From IMG/VR virus record IMGVR_UViG_3300034073_003672, positions 1 to 25,623 of that record: a stretch of 25,623 nt of DNA, one strand, 5' to 3'. Shown one piece after another: positions 1-8,987 of the stretch (positions are counted from its first letter, which is position 1; each line of letters starts with the position of its first letter). Made by a program: the position numbers and the translations under genes. The stretch is from a virus. Taxonomy: Duplodnaviria > Caudoviricetes. The notes under the pieces were generated by a model that saw only the letters and a program-made list of their open reading frames with translations, was not told where the DNA came from and made no database searches.

Positions 1-274
1 CGAAGTTTGTCAGGTGGATGTGAAGTCGTCAGAAGTCGATGGTGATGGTAAGACGTTCAAAGTCCATTACAGCATGAGCGGTGAAATCACCGGCGTGAAA
101 GAAGAAACCATCAAATCAAAATCTAAGCCTGGCGCTACGATTACGGCCAGTGTGAAGGTATACAAAAAAACTGAAGATGGTAAGACAGTGTATGACATCA
201 ACACAAAAACCCAAGTCATTGACTTAGGCAAAGGTGATGTGATGGCTGTTCACCGCCGCAACGTCGGCATTTAA
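1..274 (+). CDS. Phage major tail tube protein (P2 FII-like), 5'-truncated
   Basis: Frame is open from base 2 to the stop at 274. Beta-rich C-terminus. Lies directly upstream of the tail chaperone and tape measure genes. Confidence 0.75.
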   Translation, partial: EVCQVDVKSSEVDGDGKTFKVHYSMSGEITGVKEETIKSKSKPGATITASVKVYKKTEDGKTVYDINTKTQVIDLGKGDVMAVHRRNVGI

Positions 275-297
275 TTTCCCTGTAGTTTGCGCGCATT

Positions 298-324
298 GGG
301 GTCACTTCGGTGGCCCCTTTTTTT
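298..324 (+). terminator. Intrinsic terminator after the tail tube gene
   Basis: GGGGTCAC-TTCG-GTGGCCCC followed by T7. Confidence 0.8.
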
Positions 325-337
325 ATTCGGAGAACGT

Positions 338-931
338 ATGAAAAAACAAGAGTTGTTTCAACCAGAAGTGTTAACCCTTCGCTGGCCAGTTCAGAGCGCC
401 ACCGGCTCTCTGACGGCGTTAACGCTGCGCCTTATATCCCATGCTGATCATGCCAAAGTGCTGGAAGACCATAAAGACGAAACTCAGATTTTTACCGAGT
501 TTGCCCGTCTGTCGTGTGGCATAGCTGCAGACGAAGTCAACCGCATGAAGGCACCAGACTGGAACAAGCTGCGCCTGAAACTATCCGACCTGGTTGTCAA
601 AGGCAGCGACTTTTACTTTAAGCGTGCGGGTGTTGCATTCAATCCGGATTCGCCTTTATTGCTGCAACCTATCCTCAGCGATACAAACGAAACCATCTCG
701 GAGCTGTTTCTGGAAATCCCGACAGTGGCCACCACGGAGCTGATGAAAAAGCACACAAACCCTGATGAGCGAAACCTGTTTATCACAATGGCCTGCACTG
801 GTTTGAGTGCGAAAGAAATTAGCCGGCTGTCGGCTCCGGATTGGAATCACCTGCAGGGGCGGATCAACAGTTTTTTGAACGAAACGGCGGATTACTTTCC
901 AGCCGAGACGTCGACACTCTCACCGACATAA
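338..931 (+). CDS. Tail assembly chaperone (P2 gpE / Mu gp41-like) with two tandem similar domains
   Basis: ATG at 338 with a GGAG RBS. Internal duplication: CGIAADEVNRMKAPDWNKL versus CTGLSAKEISRLSAPDWNHL. Located between tube and tape measure. Confidence 0.8.
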   Translation: MKKQELFQPEVLTLRWPVQSATGSLTALTLRLISHADHAKVLEDHKDETQIFTEFARLSCGIAADEVNRMKAPDWNKLRLKLSDLVVKGSDFYFKRAGVAFNPDSPLLLQPILSDTNETISELFLEIPTVATTELMKKHTNPDERNLFITMACTGLSAKEISRLSAPDWNHLQGRINSFLNETADYFPAETSTLSPT

Positions 932-1038
932 TCCCGCTTGTTTACAACGTCAGCGAACAGGAAATTTTGTCCTGGTCAACGGACAAAGCGCTGCGGCGTT
1001 ATGAGTTAGCTATCCAGAGACTTAAACAGGGGGCGTGA
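871..1038 (+). CDS. -1 frameshift extension of the chaperone (gpE+E'-like), slippery site TTTTTTG at 871-877
   Basis: T-TTT-TTG in the chaperone frame, the same heptamer used by P2 gene E. The -1 frame stays open to a TGA that overlaps the tape measure ATG. Confidence 0.7.
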   Translation, partial: FFERNGGLLSSRDVDTLTDIIPLVYNVSEQEILSWSTDKALRRYELAIQRLKQGA

Positions 1039-3596
1039 TGTCCGCAAAATACAGTATCGCACTTGCTGCAGTCGACCAGTTCACAGCCCCGTTTAAATCC
1101 TTCAGCGCGACCAGCTCAAAGCTGGTCACGCAAATTCAGGGGCAAAAGGCCGAGCTGAGAAGCCTGGCTGCAGCTCAGCGTGATCTATCTGGCTTTAACC
1201 AGATGAAAGCAAAACTGGGTGAAACCACCAGCGCCCTGGATAAAGCGAGACTGGCCGAAAAAGCACTGACCGCCGAGATTAATGCGGTCGGTGTTCCGAC
1301 CAAAAAAATGGCTGCAGAGTTTGATAAAGCCAGGAATAAAACCGCTCAGTTAACCGCTGAACACCAGGCCCAAACAAACAAACTCAACAGCCTGGAGCGA
1401 AGCCTCGAAAAAGCCGGTGTTGATGCCAGTAAATTTGCCACCGAGCAAAGCCGGATAGAAAAGGCAACAGAACAAGCCAATGCCGCGCTCAAGGTGCAGC
1501 AGGCGCGATTAAAGTCAGTGTCTGACGCACAAGACAGGGTGGAGGCCAATAAAGCCGCCAGAGCCGATTTACGCGGTGAAATGCTGGAGACAGCAGCGAT
1601 AGGTTATGTCGCCGCCCAGCCAATTATGAAAGCCATTGAGTACGAGTCCTCGATGGCGGATGTGAAAAAGGTCGTCAATTTTGAGGACGATGCTGAAGCT
1701 AACAAAATGGGCCGAGACATCCTCAAGATGTCGACTCAAATTCCGATTGCTGCTGCAGGTCTTGCTGAAATTACTGCAGCAGCCGGTCAATCCGGTATCG
1801 CCAAAGCGGAGCTGCTGAACTTCACCACCAGTGCCGCAAAAATGGCAACGGCGTTTGATGTCTCTGCAGAAGAGGCAGGCAGCACAATGGCCGCCTGGCG
1901 CGCCTCGATGGGTTTGTCACAAAAGCAGGCTGTAGACCTTGCTGATGCGACAAACTACCTGTCGAACAATATGAATGCCCAGGCAAAAGATATTGCCGGG
2001 GTGCTGAAACGCCAGGGCGCTGTCGCCATGGCGGCAGGCTTAGATCAGATACAAGCAGCCTCGTTGTCAGCTGCCTTGCTGTCAGGCGGTGCGGGTGAAG
2101 AAGTTGCAGCCACGGCGCTGAAAAATATCACCGGCGCAATGATGAAAGGCGACACCGCTACAGCGGCCCAACAAGGTGCCTGGTCGGAGTTAGGCTTCGA
2201 TCCTCAGATGCTGGCTAAGGACATGCTGTCTGATGCACCTGGCACGATGATCAAAGTGTTTGAAGCGATGCAAGGCGTACCTGAAGAAGAAGTCAGCGCC
2301 CTGGTATCGACGCTGTTCGGGGAGGAGGTCAAAGGCTCGGTTATGCCGATGCTGAAGAACTTAGACAACCTGAAGAACGCTTTTAAGATGACCGGCGATG
2401 CAACCAAGTATCGCGGCTCGATGGAGGCGGAATATCAGGCCCGATCAGCAACAACAGCAAACGGGATGCAGCTGCTGGCCAATAAGTTTGACCGGCTGCA
2501 AATTAGCATCGGCACGTTACTGCTGCCAGCGCTTAATGAAATCATGGGGCCAGTGGCAGATTTTGCTGATCTGCTGGCAGACGGGGCTGAAAAGTACCCG
2601 ACTATAGCCAAGGGCCTTGCCATGGTTGGTATGGGTCTGGTGGCGCTCAAAGTGGGCGCTTTGGCGCTGAAATTCGTTGGCCTGACGTTTGGCCAGGGAA
2701 TGAATGTGCTGAACCTTGGCAGAGCAAAATTATCCGCGACCACCGGCAACACCGCACGAACAGCGACTCTCGCCAATTTAGCACTGCAGAAGCTAAACGC
2801 CACTATGGCCCGAATGGGGTCACGGCGGACGCCAGTTAGTGCTGACATAGGTGGCAGTTCGCGTCGACGTCGTGTTCGCCCAGCTCGCACAGGGCGACTG
2901 GCCAGAGCTGGAGCAGTACTGGGTGGCGGAGCGCTCATGGCGGGTAGCGCTATGGCTGCGCTGCCAATGGGTGCAGATGTACTTCAAGGTGCAGGCAAGT
3001 TAATCAGGCCGTTAGCTCTTGCGATGTCAGGAGCTGACCTTGCATCCAGTTTATCTGCAGGTGACAACGTGGCCACCGGCGCAGCAGCTGGTGACATGCT
3101 GGGAGGTTTGGGAGGAGCAACAGCAGGCGGCATGGCCGGAGCTGCAATTGGATCCGTCGTGCCAGTCATTGGCACCGCCATCGGCGGTTTAATCGGATCC
3201 ATTATTGGCGGCTTAGGCGGCGGCATGCTCGGCGAGTGGGCGGGCGGGAAAATCGGTGGGATGTTTGACGCTGGCACGTCGAACTCTCCAGTCCCGCCCG
3301 TGGGCCAGGCGAATAAGTTACCGACGTCTTTAGAGGCTCCACCTTTGCTTGCAGCAGTCAGTGACCGGCTACCACCTCCGGAAGCTATCCGGAAGCAGAT
3401 AAGCAGTCAGGACAACAGGCAGATGGTCTTTAGTCCGACCATTACGATACCTGGTTCCTCCGGCAACAAAGAAGCGGATCAGCGCCTTGTAGACTCCATC
3501 ATGCAGCGCTTAAAGGCTGAGTTTATGACGATGATGGGCAGCAATGGTTTGTCGGTTCGTCTGGATGGTTCGCTGTCAGATAGGAGTAGCAGCTGA
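1038..3596 (+). CDS. Tail tape measure protein (TP901-family core)
   Basis: About 850 aa, Ala-rich and helical, with a YESSMADVKKV core motif and a Gly-rich C-terminal region. Position fits. Confidence 0.93.
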   Translation: MSAKYSIALAAVDQFTAPFKSFSATSSKLVTQIQGQKAELRSLAAAQRDLSGFNQMKAKLGETTSALDKARLAEKALTAEINAVGVPTKKMAAEFDKARNKTAQLTAEHQAQTNKLNSLERSLEKAGVDASKFATEQSRIEKATEQANAALKVQQARLKSVSDAQDRVEANKAARADLRGEMLETAAIGYVAAQPIMKAIEYESSMADVKKVVNFEDDAEANKMGRDILKMSTQIPIAAAGLAEITAAAGQSGIAKAELLNFTTSAAKMATAFDVSAEEAGSTMAAWRASMGLSQKQAVDLADATNYLSNNMNAQAKDIAGVLKRQGAVAMAAGLDQIQAASLSAALLSGGAGEEVAATALKNITGAMMKGDTATAAQQGAWSELGFDPQMLAKDMLSDAPGTMIKVFEAMQGVPEEEVSALVSTLFGEEVKGSVMPMLKNLDNLKNAFKMTGDATKYRGSMEAEYQARSATTANGMQLLANKFDRLQISIGTLLLPALNEIMGPVADFADLLADGAEKYPTIAKGLAMVGMGLVALKVGALALKFVGLTFGQGMNVLNLGRAKLSATTGNTARTATLANLALQKLNATMARMGSRRTPVSADIGGSSRRRRVRPARTGRLARAGAVLGGGALMAGSAMAALPMGADVLQGAGKLIRPLALAMSGADLASSLSAGDNVATGAAAGDMLGGLGGATAGGMAGAAIGSVVPVIGTAIGGLIGSIIGGLGGGMLGEWAGGKIGGMFDAGTSNSPVPPVGQANKLPTSLEAPPLLAAVSDRLPPPEAIRKQISSQDNRQMVFSPTITIPGSSGNKEADQRLVDSIMQRLKAEFMTMMGSNGLSVRLDGSLSDRSSS

Positions 3597-4000
3597 TGAA
3601 TCAACAAGCGGCATTAGGGACTTATGTCTTTAGCCTGGGAAACAAAACAGCGTTTGATAAGTGGGTCCGCCAGTCTTCTGGTGGCTGGGTCAGTATCGAT
3701 ATCACCAACGGCAAGCCCATCAGTCACAACACAGGTCAGGGTCTGGAAAGCATCAGCATCACCGGCAAAGTTCACGGCGTACCAGGCATGGACGCCCTGG
3801 ATAAACTCCGTGCGCTGCAGGCAACCAGAAAGCCACAGACTCTCATTACTGGCCAAGGCCGGAACTTGGGGCGCTGGAAAATAAACAACATCACTGAAAC
3901 ACAAAGCCGGATCATTGATGACGGTACAGCGCTGGTGGTTGAGTTTAGTGTTGAGCTGGAGGAGTTCGCAGATGAAATCAGTAGTAAGCAAAGCCGGTGA
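3596..4000 (+). CDS. P2 gpU-like tail protein
   Basis: ALGTYVFSL start, G...ESISITG, and GRNLGRWKI...ETQS motifs. Follows the tape measure gene. Confidence 0.85.
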   Translation: MNQQAALGTYVFSLGNKTAFDKWVRQSSGGWVSIDITNGKPISHNTGQGLESISITGKVHGVPGMDALDKLRALQATRKPQTLITGQGRNLGRWKINNITETQSRIIDDGTALVVEFSVELEEFADEISSKQSR

Positions 4001-4181
4001 TAGCGTGGGCCTGTTGGCTCACCTTCACCTGGGGCGCGATGACGATGAAACTGAGGAGGCTATTTATGACAGTAACCCGGGGCTGGCTAAATATGGCCCC
4101 GTTTTACCCTCCGGAGTGACGGTTCTTATCCCTGATATGCCAGAGGCTCCACTGGCCAAAGCGGTGAACATATGGGACTAA
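3972..4181 (+). CDS. P2 gpX-like tail protein (LysM-like)
   Basis: ATG at 3972 with a GGAG RBS. GDSV...NPGLAKYGPVLPSGV...IWD signature. Confidence 0.88.
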   Translation: MKSVVSKAGDSVGLLAHLHLGRDDDETEEAIYDSNPGLAKYGPVLPSGVTVLIPDMPEAPLAKAVNIWD

Positions 4182-5182
4182 ATTTTACACCCCGTTTTAT
4201 TGCAAGAGGAGCGCATGCCGCCCTCATCAATCAGCGGCTGATCTCCTGGGAACGGATAGACGCTGCAGGCAGACAATCCGACCAGCTGACGTTAAAAATA
4301 GACACGCAGGGCATGCCTGGACGACCAAGGGAAGGCGAAAGCATCGGGGTGTCTGAGGGGTATGCTGAGTCACCGGCGCTGACCGATAAAGGGATGTTTA
4401 AAATCACAAGGGTCACGCCCAGGATATTTCCGGACAGCGTGACTATTGTGGCAACTGCAGCACCGTTTCAGGTGAAAGATGAGACGCAGTTCAAGCTGCG
4501 CCGGTCACGCAGTTTTTCAAAAATGAAACTCGGGGATATTTTCCGCCAAGTGGTGAAAGCCCACGGATTTTCGCCCCGGGTTGCACCCGACCTTGATGCG
4601 CTCCTGGTTGAACACATCGACCAGACCGACGAGACCGACATGGGCTTTTTAACGCGCCTGGCGAAACGCTACGACGCTGTGACTAAGCCTGTGGATCAGC
4701 TTTACATCATGGCCAGAAGGGGGCAGCTGAAAAGCATATCCGGACAAACTCTGGAGCCGGTCAAATTCAGCTTGCCAAGGAACAACGTTCCAACCAGTAC
4801 CAGCTTCATCAATGCGGAGGTCGACTTTCCCAGTCGGACTACGTTCAAAGGTGTGGTTGCAAAGTACTGGGACGCTGATGCCGGAAAGGAAGTGGAGGTC
4901 ACGCTGGGCGATGCTCCGTTTAAAAAGCTGGCTGACCAGTTTGAAAGCGAAATACACGCCCGGGAGTCAGCTGATAGCGAGCTGAGAAAAGTGGTCCGCA
5001 CAGGGGTCACGTTAAAGATGGAAGTACCAGGCGACCCTCGCCTGGTAGCAGAGGGATTGATTGAGCTGGATAGCAGCTTTCCTGACTACATGCGCGGCCG
5101 TTGGTCCTTAGATAAGGTCACAGCCAAGGGTGACAGAGGGAGTGGCTATCGATGCTGGCTGGAAGCCACAGAACCGCTTTAA
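4172..5182 (+). CDS. Phage late control protein D / baseplate hub (gpD)
   Basis: HIDQTDETDMGFLTRLAKRYDA motif in the gpU-gpX-gpD order. Confidence 0.88.
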   Translation: MGLNFTPRFIARGAHAALINQRLISWERIDAAGRQSDQLTLKIDTQGMPGRPREGESIGVSEGYAESPALTDKGMFKITRVTPRIFPDSVTIVATAAPFQVKDETQFKLRRSRSFSKMKLGDIFRQVVKAHGFSPRVAPDLDALLVEHIDQTDETDMGFLTRLAKRYDAVTKPVDQLYIMARRGQLKSISGQTLEPVKFSLPRNNVPTSTSFINAEVDFPSRTTFKGVVAKYWDADAGKEVEVTLGDAPFKKLADQFESEIHARESADSELRKVVRTGVTLKMEVPGDPRLVAEGLIELDSSFPDYMRGRWSLDKVTAKGDRGSGYRCWLEATEPL

Positions 5183-5335
5183 AAGAGAAGAGGGCGACAA
5201 CCCGGTGGTTGCACACCGGGCTGACGTCTTACCCACATGAGTATGCCATGTGAGCCAAACCAAGGCCCTCCCGCCTCGCGAGGCGCGGGGAGACTATCCG
5301 ATCATTGTTAAATTTGCAAAGGAAAGGCTCACGTT

Positions 5336-6094
5336 ATGAGTAAACCGTTTTTTTCATGGATGGGTGGCAAGCGCCGCCTGGCTAAAGAAATCCTGCCAGA
5401 GTTCCCTGAACATGAGTGCTATGTAGAGCCGTTCTGCGGCGGTGCCGCGCTGTTTTTTATGAAGATGCCGACAAAGGTTGAAGTGATCAACGATGTGAAC
5501 GGCGACCTGGTGAATTTATATCGCGTGGTGCAGCATCACCTCGAGGAGTTCGTCCGCCAGTTCAAGTGGGCGCTGATCAGCCGCAAAATGTTTGAGTGGC
5601 TGGACGATACCCCAACCGAAACGCTGACAGACATCCAACGCGCAGCGCGTTTTTATTACCTGCAGCAGATGTCGTTTGGCTCCAAAATACAGGGCCGCAC
5701 CTTTGGTACCGCGACCACCACAGCGCCAAAACTAAACCTGCTCCGGATGGAGGAAAATTTAAGCCAGGCGCATTTAAGGCTGAGCCGGACTTTTGTTGAA
5801 CATCTGGACTGGCAGGCGTGTATAAAGCGCTATGACCGACCTCACAGCCTTTTTTATCTGGACCCGCCGTACTGGGAAACAACCGGCTACGGCGTGGACT
5901 TCCCTTTTGAGAATTACCAGGCAATGGCCGAGCTGGCCAGAACAGTCAAAGGTAAGATGATCATCAGCATCAACGACCATCCGGACATTCGTAAAGTCTT
6001 TGCTGGCTTCCGGATGAAAGAAATAAACCTGCGGCATACCGTGGGTGGCCGTGGTGGTAAAGAAGCTGGCGAACTGGTCATTTTTAACTGGTAA
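5336..6094 (+). CDS. DNA adenine methyltransferase (Dam/D12 class, phage-type)
   Basis: WMGGKRRL, YVEPFCGGAA (SAM binding), EVINDVN and FYLDPPY (catalytic) motifs. Confidence 0.92.
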   Translation: MSKPFFSWMGGKRRLAKEILPEFPEHECYVEPFCGGAALFFMKMPTKVEVINDVNGDLVNLYRVVQHHLEEFVRQFKWALISRKMFEWLDDTPTETLTDIQRAARFYYLQQMSFGSKIQGRTFGTATTTAPKLNLLRMEENLSQAHLRLSRTFVEHLDWQACIKRYDRPHSLFYLDPPYWETTGYGVDFPFENYQAMAELARTVKGKMIISINDHPDIRKVFAGFRMKEINLRHTVGGRGGKEAGELVIFNW

Positions 6095-6209
6095 CTTTAC
6101 CACTTGGCAGCTTTTCACTGGTAAACAGTGGCCTGCAGCTGGTAAGCCTTTGGTAAACCGCGCCTGGTGTTGCAACTTTTCGCGCAACACCAGGCAACAC
6201 CCGCAACAC

Positions 6210-6242
6210 AAAAAAATAGCCCGCATATGCAGGGCTATTGTT
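6210..6242 (-). terminator. Probable intrinsic terminator for the leftward operon
   Basis: AATAGCCC...GGGCTATT stem preceded by an A-run on the plus strand, which is a U-tract on the minus strand. Confidence 0.6.
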
Positions 6243-6248
6243 CAACTT

Positions 6249-6271
6249 TTATCCACAACTTCTGTGGATAA
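6249..6271. promoter_or_regulatory. Inverted pair of perfect DnaA boxes
   Basis: TTATCCACA-acttc-TGTGGATAA. Confidence 0.6.
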
Positions 6272-6272
6272 G

Positions 6273-6554
6273 TCACTCTGCCGATTCTGGCTCTGGCAGT
6301 ATAGCTATCATCCACTCGCCAAGATTATTCCTTGAGCTATGGTCCACAAAAACACCTAAATCCCGTCCTATACGCTTCACAGCTTCAAGCTGAGCGTCAT
6401 TCAGCCACTTTTTCACATCAGCCAAAGCCTGCGGGTGAAGTACGTTACACAGAGCATAAGCGTCGTTGAATGATAAAGTTAAGTTGATAGAGTTAACCTG
6501 AACTTTTGACTCAGTGCCAAGCACCGCGCCGTTGATATCTGCATCACGCATCAC
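6273..6554 (-). CDS. Hypothetical protein (93 aa)
   Basis: Last ORF of the leftward operon; overlaps the upstream stop codon. Confidence 0.65.
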   Translation of the reverse strand: MMRDADINGAVLGTESKVQVNSINLTLSFNDAYALCNVLHPQALADVKKWLNDAQLEAVKRIGRDLGVFVDHSSRNNLGEWMIAILPEPESAE

Positions 6555-7180
6555 TTAGTCTCCACTTTGTCCAAGTCAAAACCTTCAGCCAAACTCCAGT
6601 GAATTGCCTGGCACTCCCGCCCTACATTTTCAGCCTCTCCAAACCGCTCCTGGTTAACCACCAGCCCCAAACTTTTCAGCGTTTGCATCGACTTGATCTG
6701 CACACCGATTTCCTGGCTCGTTGCTGGCCTGTTGAGTTTGACCATATTGCTGAGCGCCAACCGTTGAGCTGGTGTTACTTTTACTTTTTTGTTCATAAGA
6801 TTCCTGAATTTACTAACCTGTTTATCTACATCCACTCCAAGACTCTGCAGCTCTGATTCAACCTCATCATCACTCATAGCCAAAATGTCGTCAGTGATGA
6901 AATCACTTAGGTTTTCAAGCGCGCTTTTTTTAGTCTCTACAGCAGGCAGTTCGTTGGCTGGGATCTCTTCAAAAGCCCCATCAACAACTCGGCACCATAC
7001 ACCCCTGACTTTTGTTGCAACGCCGTCAATATACTGATTGCAGCTCGGGTCATAGCCGTCCGGAATTCTCGCTATGAGCGAGTATTTTTCGTGCGGGTCG
7101 TATTGGTACCGCTTCGCTTCATAAATTTCACCGGCTTTTACGCCGAGCCTTTTATCCGTTGTTAAAATCATTATTTCCAT
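6551..7180 (-). CDS. Hypothetical protein (209 aa), possibly with a C-terminal winged-helix-like domain
   Basis: Long ORF coupled within the operon. The VTPAQRLAL...SLGLV segment suggests a winged helix. Confidence 0.7.
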   Translation of the reverse strand: MEIMILTTDKRLGVKAGEIYEAKRYQYDPHEKYSLIARIPDGYDPSCNQYIDGVATKVRGVWCRVVDGAFEEIPANELPAVETKKSALENLSDFITDDILAMSDDEVESELQSLGVDVDKQVSKFRNLMNKKVKVTPAQRLALSNMVKLNRPATSQEIGVQIKSMQTLKSLGLVVNQERFGEAENVGRECQAIHWSLAEGFDLDKVETK

Positions 7181-7719
7181 GGTTAAGCCCCCAGTGCAGC
7201 CAGCACTATTTTTGTTAATTCATCGTCGGTAAGGTTGCTCGGGAAAGCGGCGCCTGCTGAAGATGCAGCATCCCTTGCGGCCTTCATATTCATCGGAGCT
7301 GCTGCTGCAGCTTTTCTTAAAATGCCTGGATAATTTTTAGCGAAAAGGTACCAGCTTGGATTTTCGTTAATCTCACTTTGCGCTTCAGCAAAACTATCGC
7401 AGCTCGGACATCCGCAAAACTGGCCGCCACAAGAGCAAAATTCAACTTCGTTATGCTTGTCCTGTGAATATGCAGTAATAAGCAAACAGTTTGTGCACAA
7501 GCAATAGTACGGACCCTCCTTCGACCTCCTTTCTTTAAACCTCAGCCAGCAATCCTGAATTTCTTTATTTTTATACTGACCATCCTCCCCAGTCCTTAGA
7601 GCTGAATCACGCAGCCGCTTCCCAAATTGCTCCAAAAACCAACGCTCGAAAGCTAATGAATTTATTTCCACGGTTAAACCCCCAGCGCTGCCAGCACTAT
7701 CTTTGTTAATTCATCGTCG
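7171..7719. repeat. 58-bp direct repeat pair (7171-7228 and 7662-7719) spanning gene junctions
   Basis: 53/58 identical. Encodes DDELTKIVLAALG-stop plus the next gene's MEI start. Confidence 0.9.
7183..7671 (-). CDS. Hypothetical Cys-rich protein (162 aa)
   Basis: CLCTNC...CSCGGQFCGCPSC cluster. C-terminus shared with the upstream ORF. Confidence 0.7.
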   Translation of the reverse strand: MEINSLAFERWFLEQFGKRLRDSALRTGEDGQYKNKEIQDCWLRFKERRSKEGPYYCLCTNCLLITAYSQDKHNEVEFCSCGGQFCGCPSCDSFAEAQSEINENPSWYLFAKNYPGILRKAAAAAPMNMKAARDAASSAGAAFPSNLTDDELTKIVLAALGA

Positions 7720-8012
7720 CTTAGGCGCTTATTCAGCCATGCCTCATCCCAGTTGATAGGCACTTCTCGTGCTGCTGCCAGGTTAAAAGCTGTAGCAGAC
7801 TTTGATTTTGCTCTGGCTCTGATCATGCTTGCCTGGCCAGCCATGCCAGAGCCGATTAAACGAGCCATTTTTTCACCATCCTTATCCTTGTTGGTATGCG
7901 CTGCTTCAACTATTAAAGCCCCATGCTGTTCTAAAATTGCAGCTGCAGCGAGTTGCATCATCTCAACGATCAAAGGAGCCTTTATTACCCGCGCTCTGGT
8001 TGCTTCGTCCAT
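7674..8012 (-). CDS. Hypothetical protein (112 aa)
   Basis: GGAGG RBS upstream of the ATG; within the operon. Confidence 0.7.
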   Translation of the reverse strand: MDEATRARVIKAPLIVEMMQLAAAAILEQHGALIVEAAHTNKDKDGEKMARLIGSGMAGQASMIRARAKSKSATAFNLAAAREVPINWDEAWLNKRLSDDELTKIVLAALGV

Positions 8013-8021
8013 AGGTGCCTC

Positions 8022-8462
8022 CTAATCTTGTGGCTCAACTGCAGGTGGTGGCAGTTGTTCGATATCTTTAAATTTTATGCTCATATCAGATGCGTCCATT
8101 GTGATGCGTTCGGCAAAAAGAATAACTATCCCTGCAGAGCCATCCATTTTTGGATAACCCTCAATCCCGCCATCGCTGTCGTCATAATCAAAAGCCTGCT
8201 GAACACCCCAGCGGTTGTAGTCATGCTCTAAAACTAAAAAGAAGCAAACTCGTGCGATGCGCTTCAGAGCCGCCTGAACAACATCTCCTTTTGAGCCTTC
8301 CAGCCATTCCATGCCATCGCCCCAAAAATTATTTATTTCTTCCGCTTTTTCTTTAGTGAAAACATTCAGGTCGACAGCCAGCCCTACTTCAAACCAGTTA
8401 TAGTCAACAGTGAACTCCTTCACATTCGATGCTTGCATTACAGTTGTTTCGCTCATCGTCAT
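8022..8462 (-). CDS. DUF2528-like phage protein
   Basis: VDYNW...EINNFW...EGYPKMDGSAGI pattern, recalled for DUF2528. Confidence 0.65.
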   Translation of the reverse strand: MTMSETTVMQASNVKEFTVDYNWFEVGLAVDLNVFTKEKAEEINNFWGDGMEWLEGSKGDVVQAALKRIARVCFFLVLEHDYNRWGVQQAFDYDDSDGGIEGYPKMDGSAGIVILFAERITMDASDMSIKFKDIEQLPPPAVEPQD

Positions 8463-8472
8463 ATCCCTAAAT

Positions 8473-8547
8473 TTAGATAAAAAGTATCGCTTTGTTTAAC
8501 CACATTACAGTGAAAACAAAAGCACCGGTGGCAGCAAGAACTGCCAT
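8473..8547 (-). CDS. Possible 24-aa hydrophobic peptide
   Basis: MAVLAATGAFVFTVMWLNKAILFI fills the operon gap; its ATG is 1 nt after the upstream stop. Confidence 0.4.
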   Translation of the reverse strand: MAVLAATGAFVFTVMWLNKAILFI

Positions 8548-8548
8548 G

Positions 8549-8803
8549 TTAGTCACCCTGTTCTGCAGCCGCTTCATCCTCTGCCTCCAGTTGTCGCATT
8601 TCTTCAATGCAGCTCGGGCAGGCGTTGCCACCGACTTCGTCTGAGCGTTCGTAGGCATGCCAGCCTTGCTTAGCTATTAGCCGTGCAGCCGCTTCGGTAT
8701 TGGGCGCGTCGACAACGATTTCAGCATCGCAATTGCAGCAGTTGCATTTGGCGGTTGTTACCAGGGTAATTTCGGATTGAAGTGGTTTTTTCAGTAAAAA
8801 CAT
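8549..8803 (-). CDS. Hypothetical zinc-binding protein (84 aa)
   Basis: CNCCNC and CPSC motifs; AGGAG RBS. Confidence 0.7.
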   Translation of the reverse strand: MFLLKKPLQSEITLVTTAKCNCCNCDAEIVVDAPNTEAAARLIAKQGWHAYERSDEVGGNACPSCIEEMRQLEAEDEAAAEQGD

Positions 8804-8812
8804 GACAGCTCC

Positions 8813-8959
8813 TTAGTTGGCCAGAGTGAGCAGCTGCTCAAGGTAACGACAACGGCACAGGCAGATAGCGTATTCGCGCACCAGTGCCTTGTTTTCTTCA
8901 GAGCTGAGTATTTGTTGCAGCGTTAATTTTCTAACAATGTTATATTTGTCGTGTGACAT
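8813..8959 (-). CDS. Small hypothetical protein (48 aa), not in the ORF track
   Basis: MSHDKYNIVRKLTLQQILSSEENKALVREYAICLCRCRYLEQLLTLAN, with a GAGGA RBS. Confidence 0.6.
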   Translation of the reverse strand: MSHDKYNIVRKLTLQQILSSEENKALVREYAICLCRCRYLEQLLTLAN

Positions 8960-8987
8960 AAGCCGATCCTCAAATTAGTTTGTGTCT

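Noticed and set aside
3050-3260. Glycine-zipper bacteriocin or toxin
   Set aside because: It is the ordinary Gly/Ala-rich C-terminal part of the tape measure protein.
5336-6094. Restriction-modification system
   Set aside because: No cognate endonuclease is nearby; this is an orphan phage methyltransferase.
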